Of a stretch of DNA of 20,000 bases, positions 15,245 through 20,000 are shown one piece after another. Both the position numbers and the translations under genes were made by a program. The notes under the pieces are model-generated. The model searched no databases, was not told the DNA's origin, and saw only the letters and a list, made by a program, of their open reading frames with translations. The first letter of the stretch is position 1. Each line of letters starts with the position of its first letter. Source of the stretch: an uncultured virus (IMG/VR IMGVR_UViG_3300008266_011815) (Duplodnaviria > Heunggongvirae > Uroviricota > Caudoviricetes); IMG/VR virus record IMGVR_UViG_3300008266_011815. One strand, given 5' to 3'.

Positions 15245-15481
15245 ATGGAAATACGCTACAGTGACAAATGCAAAGTAATCCATGTAAATGGAAATAATAA
15301 AAGTGCAGAAGCAGACGTTCTAGAATTTAAGGACAAGAAAAAACTAGTAGTTGCACTAGGAAATGCTGTAAAATTGCACATGACATGGAACGGTAAAGAA
15401 TACGAAGGAAAACAAGCCGGCTTAGATTTTGTAAGTAAAGGCCCAGAAGTATTTAAAACCAGTGTTGCTAAAAGAGGTTAA
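15245..15481 (+). CDS. hypothetical protein (78 aa)
   Basis: GGAG SD at 15230-15233, abuts both neighbours. Confidence 0.75.
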   Translation: MEIRYSDKCKVIHVNGNNKSAEADVLEFKDKKKLVVALGNAVKLHMTWNGKEYEGKQAGLDFVSKGPEVFKTSVAKRG

Positions 15482-15484
15482 CAA

Positions 15485-15721
15485 ATGAAAACATTTGACA
15501 CATTCGAGAAAGTTGAAGATATGGGTGCGTGTGTTAAGCGTCCCATTGTAGTACACGCTAAAAAGATTGATGAAGAATTCCGTGTCAATACGCTAGAAGG
15601 CAACTACAAACAAGGCAAGCCCGGAGACTACTTAATGCGTGGTATCGATGGTGAACTTTATATCTGCGACGGTCCTATTTTTGAAAAGACTTACGATTTT
15701 GTAAAGGAAGAAAATGCCTAA
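15485..15721 (+). CDS. PGDYG-like small phage protein
   Basis: TLEG...[27 protein letters not shown]. Confidence 0.75.
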   Translation: MKTFDTFEKVEDMGACVKRPIVVHAKKIDEEFRVNTLEGNYKQGKPGDYLMRGIDGELYICDGPIFEKTYDFVKEENA

Positions 15722-16304
15722 TCTAGTACCAATGGTAGTTGAGCAAGAAGCTCGCGGTGAACGTGCCTATGACATTTATAGTCGCTTATTAAAAGATCGC
15801 ATTGTTATGCTGGACACTGATGTTAACGAACATACAGCTAGTCTTATCGTTGCACAGTTGTTATTTTTAGAAAGTGAAAATAGTGAAAAGGATATCAGCT
15901 TTTTTATCAACAGTCCCGGCGGAGTGGTTACTGCTGGCATGGCTATTTACGATACAATGCAGTTCATTCGGCCTGACGTTTCCACAATCGTTATGGGCCA
16001 AGCTTGTAGTATGGGCAGTCTCCTTGCTTGTGCTGGTGCTCCTGGTAAACGTAAAATGCTACCGAACGCAAGACACATGATTCATCAACCTAGTGGCGGT
16101 GCTCGTGGCCAAGCCACAGACATGCAGATTCAAGTTGAAGAAATCTTAAAGATGAAAAAATCTTTAACTGAAATCTATGTCAAGCATAACAGCAAGGGCA
16201 AGACCTACGAACAGCTACTAGCCGACATGGAACGTGATAAGTTCATGAGTGCCCAAGAAGCACTGGAATACGGACTAATTGACGAAATTATCACTAAAAG
16301 ATAA
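15714..16304 (+). CDS. clpP: ATP-dependent Clp protease proteolytic subunit
   Basis: [36 protein letters not shown] (catalytic Ser), MIHQP (His), MERD (Asp). Confidence 0.97.
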   Translation: MPNLVPMVVEQEARGERAYDIYSRLLKDRIVMLDTDVNEHTASLIVAQLLFLESENSEKDISFFINSPGGVVTAGMAIYDTMQFIRPDVSTIVMGQACSMGSLLACAGAPGKRKMLPNARHMIHQPSGGARGQATDMQIQVEEILKMKKSLTEIYVKHNSKGKTYEQLLADMERDKFMSAQEALEYGLIDEIITKR

Positions 16305-16325
16305 TATGCGTATATAATTGGGTTA

Positions 16326-16362
16326 CATAGTCTGCACTAAATACGTTTAGGAGCAGACTATG
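16326..16362 (+). promoter_or_regulatory. late-promoter box within an SD- and ATG-sequestering hairpin
   Basis: Perfect 10-bp CATAGTCTGC16326-16335/GCAGACTATG16353-16362 plus inner CTAAA/TTTAG stem; TAAATA 16338-16343; AGGAG SD and ATG 16360 in the 3' arm. Confidence 0.75.
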
Positions 16363-17088
16363 AAGCGTCAAGCATTTGATTGGTCTAAGCTAGATCGATA
16401 CACATTAATAAGTGTTCTTAACGGTGCCCGAAAAGAAATTGTCGGGCAAAAACTACTTATTGAAGATCTTCACAAAATCCTAAGTCATCAAGTCAAAAAA
16501 CATCTCCCAATTAAAACTAAAATGATTAGAAATCCCGGGCAAGAAGAAAGGGAAATCTACATAGGTGGCTGCTATTACGGACATTATGACGAAAATCAAA
16601 CCAATCGATTTATAGAAATAATTTTTAGTTACTGCTTGTTTGATAAATTTTTAAAGATATCTCAAAGTAAATGGAACAGAATGTGTTCGGTATTTGCAGA
16701 TACAATCTTGCACGAAATAATACACATGCGTCAATATCGAACTAGGCGTTGGAAAATACTTCCAGGTTATGAAAGTATGGCCCATTTAGCCAAACAGCGC
16801 AAAGATCAAAATTATTACGGACATCCGGATGAAATTGGTGCTTATGCATTTAACATTGCTTGCGAAATGTACGATCGATTTGGTACAAATTATCAAATGA
16901 TCAAACGATATCTAAACTCAAATCAATGTGTTAGACATAAAAGAACTAACTATTTTAGATATTTGAAAACTTTTGACATGAATCATTCTCACAGAGTAAT
17001 TAAAAAACTTAAGAAAAAAGTAACTTACTATCTTCCATACGCCGAGTTTGGTAAACCATTTAAAACTTCGGATCATATCAACTACTAA
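16360..17088 (+). CDS. hypothetical protein with an HExxH zinc-metallopeptidase-like motif
   Basis: TILHEIIHMRQY...YYGHPDEIGAYA. Confidence 0.65.
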   Translation: MKRQAFDWSKLDRYTLISVLNGARKEIVGQKLLIEDLHKILSHQVKKHLPIKTKMIRNPGQEEREIYIGGCYYGHYDENQTNRFIEIIFSYCLFDKFLKISQSKWNRMCSVFADTILHEIIHMRQYRTRRWKILPGYESMAHLAKQRKDQNYYGHPDEIGAYAFNIACEMYDRFGTNYQMIKRYLNSNQCVRHKRTNYFRYLKTFDMNHSHRVIKKLKKKVTYYLPYAEFGKPFKTSDHINY

Positions 17089-17092
17089 GTAC

Positions 17093-17121
17093 TTGACTTT
17101 TTTTTAAAGCGATGTTACAAT
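17093..17121 (+). promoter_or_regulatory. sigma70-type promoter with extended -10
   Basis: TTGACT(17093-17098)-17 bp-TACAAT(17116-17121), preceded by TG-n. Confidence 0.8.
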
Positions 17122-17154
17122 TGCTTTAAATTACTTTTTACCTTATCTAAAACT

Positions 17155-18471
17155 ATGAGAAACGCCTGGGATATTATCAAGGAACTAGAAGCAACTAATA
17201 GCCGTTTGGAAAAAGAAGCCATCATTTTGAGAGAAGCTGAAGATCAAAATGATTTATTTTTTGAAGGACTTCGATTTGCTCTTGATCCTATGATCACGTT
17301 TGGTGTAAAGCAAGTTGATGAAAAACAACCAAATGATGGATTAGGAGTAGCTTGGGGTCATTTTAGAGAAACTCTAGTTGATCTTCAAAATCGCGAGGTT
17401 ACTGGTAATCTGGCCAGAGATATACTAGATCATTTAAAAGACAAATCATTTACCGATCAGTGGAACTATTGGTATCGCCGAATTCTTATTAAAGATTTAC
17501 GCTGTGGATTAAGCGACAAAACTGTTAACAAAGTGGTGGAGAAAAAATATGCAGATTACATTGTACCTACTTTCACTTGCCAGCTTGCTCACGATAGTGC
17601 TAATCATGAAGGAAAACTCGCAGGTAAAAAATTGGTGGAAGTCAAGCTGGATGGTGTGCGTGTTATTACTGTTGTGTGGCCAGACGGTCGTGTTCTTCAA
17701 TTTAGCCGTAATGGCAAAGAGCTTGTAAACTTTGAACACATTAAACAAGAACTTGCACTAAATGCCAATACATTTACAGAACCAATGGTACTTGATGGCG
17801 AAGTTATGAGTTCAAGTTTCCAAGATTTGATGAAACAGGTTCACCGTAAAGACAATGTTGCAGCCAGTGATGCAGTTCTATGGTTATTTGATATTTTACC
17901 GTTGCGGGCGTTTGAATCAGGTATTTTTAATATGATCCAAAAAGATCGTAGCAGCTGGTTACACGATTGGTATAACAATAAGCTTAATAAATCGATGGCA
18001 TATGTACGATGCTTAGATCAAGCTATTGTAGATTTAGATACAGCTGAAGGACAAAATTTATTTCGTATGTATAACAAATCTGCTATTGAAAATAATTACG
18101 AAGGTATTATGATTAAGGATCCCCAGGCTCCTTATGAATGTAAACGTACTGCAAGTTGGTTAAAATTAAAACCATTTATTGAAGTGTCATTGGAGGTTAC
18201 AGATGTTGAAGAAGGGACTGGAAGGAATGTTGGACGCCTTGGAGCATTGGTCTGCGAGGGCAATGATGATTCTAGGCACATCAGGGTTAACGTGGGTTCC
18301 GGTTTTAGTGACGATGATCGGAATACTTTTTGGAATTCACGGAGTGATGTTCTTGGCAGAATTGTTGAAGTAAGGGCAGATGCTATAACTCAAAATCAAG
18401 ACGGTAGCTACAGTTTACGTTTTCCAAGATTTCTTTCGTTTAGAGGTTTTGAAAACGGAGAAAAAATTTAA
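17155..18471 (+). CDS. ATP-dependent DNA ligase
   Basis: EVKLDGVR (motif I), VLDGE (III), LFD (IIIa), EGIMIK (IV), WLKLKP (V), SLRFPRF (VI). Confidence 0.96.
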   Translation: MRNAWDIIKELEATNSRLEKEAIILREAEDQNDLFFEGLRFALDPMITFGVKQVDEKQPNDGLGVAWGHFRETLVDLQNREVTGNLARDILDHLKDKSFTDQWNYWYRRILIKDLRCGLSDKTVNKVVEKKYADYIVPTFTCQLAHDSANHEGKLAGKKLVEVKLDGVRVITVVWPDGRVLQFSRNGKELVNFEHIKQELALNANTFTEPMVLDGEVMSSSFQDLMKQVHRKDNVAASDAVLWLFDILPLRAFESGIFNMIQKDRSSWLHDWYNNKLNKSMAYVRCLDQAIVDLDTAEGQNLFRMYNKSAIENNYEGIMIKDPQAPYECKRTASWLKLKPFIEVSLEVTDVEEGTGRNVGRLGALVCEGNDDSRHIRVNVGSGFSDDDRNTFWNSRSDVLGRIVEVRADAITQNQDGSYSLRFPRFLSFRGFENGEKI

Positions 18472-18480
18472 ATTAAAAAT

Positions 18481-18855
18481 ATGACAAATCCATTTCGCGA
18501 TCAAGAAAAATTTATGAAAGCTTGCGACCAAAGTGTTGACAAGTATGACGGTTCTCAATATGCTATGTATCTTAAATTAATCGACGAGGAAGTCGGAGAA
18601 TTACATCAAGCAGTTGTAGCCAACGACGATGTAGAACAATTAGATGCATTAATTGATATTCTAGTTGTTACTATTGGTGCTATCCATTCTATAGGTGCAG
18701 ATGCCGAAGGTGCTTGGAAAGAAGTTATGAAAACTAACTTTGCCAAGATTGATAGCGAGACTGGTAAAGTACGTAAGCGTGAGGACGGTAAGGTACTTAA
18801 ACCTATCGGCTGGACTCCTCCTGATCTAGCAGCATTTGTAGGAGACTTTAAATGA
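18481..18855 (+). CDS. MazG-like / PRA-PH all-alpha nucleoside triphosphate pyrophosphohydrolase
   Basis: LIDEEVGEL, LDALIDILVV, EVMKTNFAK, REDGKVLKP. Confidence 0.85.
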   Translation: MTNPFRDQEKFMKACDQSVDKYDGSQYAMYLKLIDEEVGELHQAVVANDDVEQLDALIDILVVTIGAIHSIGADAEGAWKEVMKTNFAKIDSETGKVRKREDGKVLKPIGWTPPDLAAFVGDFK

Positions 18856-19214
18856 GCTATTGGGGGTATCATTTAATCTTAGATGTAGGAGGCTGCGACT
18901 CTTCTTTGATGGCTGATAGGCTAAACGTCTACAACTGGATTACATCTTTAGTTAAAGATATCGATATGATTCCAGTTGGTGAGCCGAGTATCGAATACAC
19001 GGCTGCAGATGATATAGATAAAGCAGGATTTACAGCAATTCAAGTAATTGTTACTAGTAGTATTGTAGCACACTTTATTGACTCTACAGGACAGATATAT
19101 ATAGATGTCTTTAGTTGTAAAAAGTTTGATCTTGATGTTGTAAAAAATAGTGTTAAAAATTATTTTGGTGCAGGAAAGATGAGAGAGTTCTTCCTGACTA
19201 GACAAGCTGATTAA
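18852..19214 (+). CDS. S-adenosylmethionine decarboxylase-like (SpeD/SpeH-fold) pyruvoyl proenzyme
   Basis: GYHLILDV..C, GFTAIQVIVTSSIVAH (cleavage site region), YIDVFSC. Confidence 0.82.
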   Translation: MSYWGYHLILDVGGCDSSLMADRLNVYNWITSLVKDIDMIPVGEPSIEYTAADDIDKAGFTAIQVIVTSSIVAHFIDSTGQIYIDVFSCKKFDLDVVKNSVKNYFGAGKMREFFLTRQAD

Positions 19215-19225
19215 AGGAGATAAAA

Positions 19226-19897
19226 ATGTTTGTTACAAGTTATAGAACTGCTGGTGAAATTAATTCAGCAATGATTCGAGTATATCAAAATATGATGATA
19301 GCCGTTTTGATTAGTATGGTTACTAGTTTCATAGTAGGCAATACACCCATGATGATGGCATTGTTTTTCGGAACGCCATTAAAATGGTTGATTATGTTGG
19401 CGCCCATTGGATTCATTTTATTTTTTAGTTTTAAAATGGAAGACCTTAGTAAAGATACAGCCACAATGTTATTGTGGGTATTTTCTGTATTAATGGGACT
19501 AAGTTTCAGTGCTATTTTTGTCGTCTACACCGGTGCTAGTATTGTTATGTCATTTATGAGCGCAGCTATACTTTTCGGTTGTATGACCTTTTATGGTTAT
19601 TTTACAAAACGTAGTTTAGAAAGTTTCGGACAATTTTTGATTGTAGGACTAATTGCTATCTGTATCGCTAGTATTGTTAATATTTTTGTAGGTAGTAGTG
19701 TAATGACCACTGTGATCAGTGCGTTGGCTATCATAATCTTTTTGGGACTAACTGCATATGATACACAACGTATCCGTGAAATGGTTAGCTATGATAATAA
19801 TGGTAATGCTGAGGTAGCAGGAGCATTGACTTTGTACTTAAATTTCATTAACATATTCCTTAACTTGTTACAACTATTTGGAAGTAAAAACGAATGA
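19226..19897 (+). CDS. Bax inhibitor-1/YccA family membrane protein
   Basis: About 7 hydrophobic segments; LTAYDTQRI, GALTLYLNFINIFLNLL; GGAG SD. Confidence 0.92.
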   Translation: MFVTSYRTAGEINSAMIRVYQNMMIAVLISMVTSFIVGNTPMMMALFFGTPLKWLIMLAPIGFILFFSFKMEDLSKDTATMLLWVFSVLMGLSFSAIFVVYTGASIVMSFMSAAILFGCMTFYGYFTKRSLESFGQFLIVGLIAICIASIVNIFVGSSVMTTVISALAIIIFLGLTAYDTQRIREMVSYDNNGNAEVAGALTLYLNFINIFLNLLQLFGSKNE

Positions 19898-20000
19898 GAA
19901 ATTATTGGACTTGTAGTAAATTTGCAGATTGGATTCGCGGCACCACTAAACTAAAGTGCGGCACTGGCAAAGAGTGGCATGAATGGGAAAAGGCTGCTAA
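19894..20000 (+). CDS. 5' part of a hypothetical protein (runs out of the window)
   Basis: ATGA overlap with the YccA-family gene's stop; MRNYWTCSKFADWIRGTTKLKCGTGKEWHEWEKAA... Confidence 0.7.
   Translation, partial: MRNYWTCSKFADWIRGTTKLKCGTGKEWHEWEKAA

Noticed and set aside
15714..16304. ClpP as phage prohead protease
   Set aside because: Sequence is host-type ClpP and there are no portal or capsid genes nearby
1772..19205. Short shadow ORFs (1772, 2098, 6857, 9243, 13232, 13686, 13793, 13980, 15874, 17509, 18179, 18606, 18948)
   Set aside because: Nested in or antisense to well-supported genes, with no recognisable motifs

Overview
AT-rich, gene-dense window that reads as part of a large (jumbo-type, T4-like late-promoter) tailed phage genome, with a host most likely among Proteobacteria (inference). 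Layout: (1) 1-1714: end of a parvulin PPIase gene, then a tRNA array (Thr-TGT, Gly-TCC, Pro-TGG, Cys-GCA, initiator-like Met-CAT, Gly-GCC, Trp-CCA, all with encoded CCA). The array is interleaved with two highly structured, pseudoknotted non-tRNA RNAs (one manA-like, one unassigned) and two small CDSs. (2) 1731-3153: HNH endonuclease and a secreted Spy/CpxP-like protein. (3) 3157-13390: a ~10 kb island of tailoring-type enzymes: three 2OG-Fe(II)/cupin oxygenases, a TauD-family dioxygenase with HxN, a SAM methyltransferase, two GNAT-like/desaturase gene pairs, a Rieske oxygenase, a PP-loop ATPase and a PBP7-like peptidase. TAAATA/TATAAATA late-promoter boxes sit at the heads of most of its transcription units. 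(4) 13496-20000: sigma70-promoted host-takeover and replication genes (AbrB-like, IF-1, ClpP, ATP-dependent DNA ligase, MazG-like, AdoMetDC-like, YccA). Two late promoters lie inside perfect hairpins that would sequester the start codon. All family calls come from motif recognition by eye; no database searches were run.
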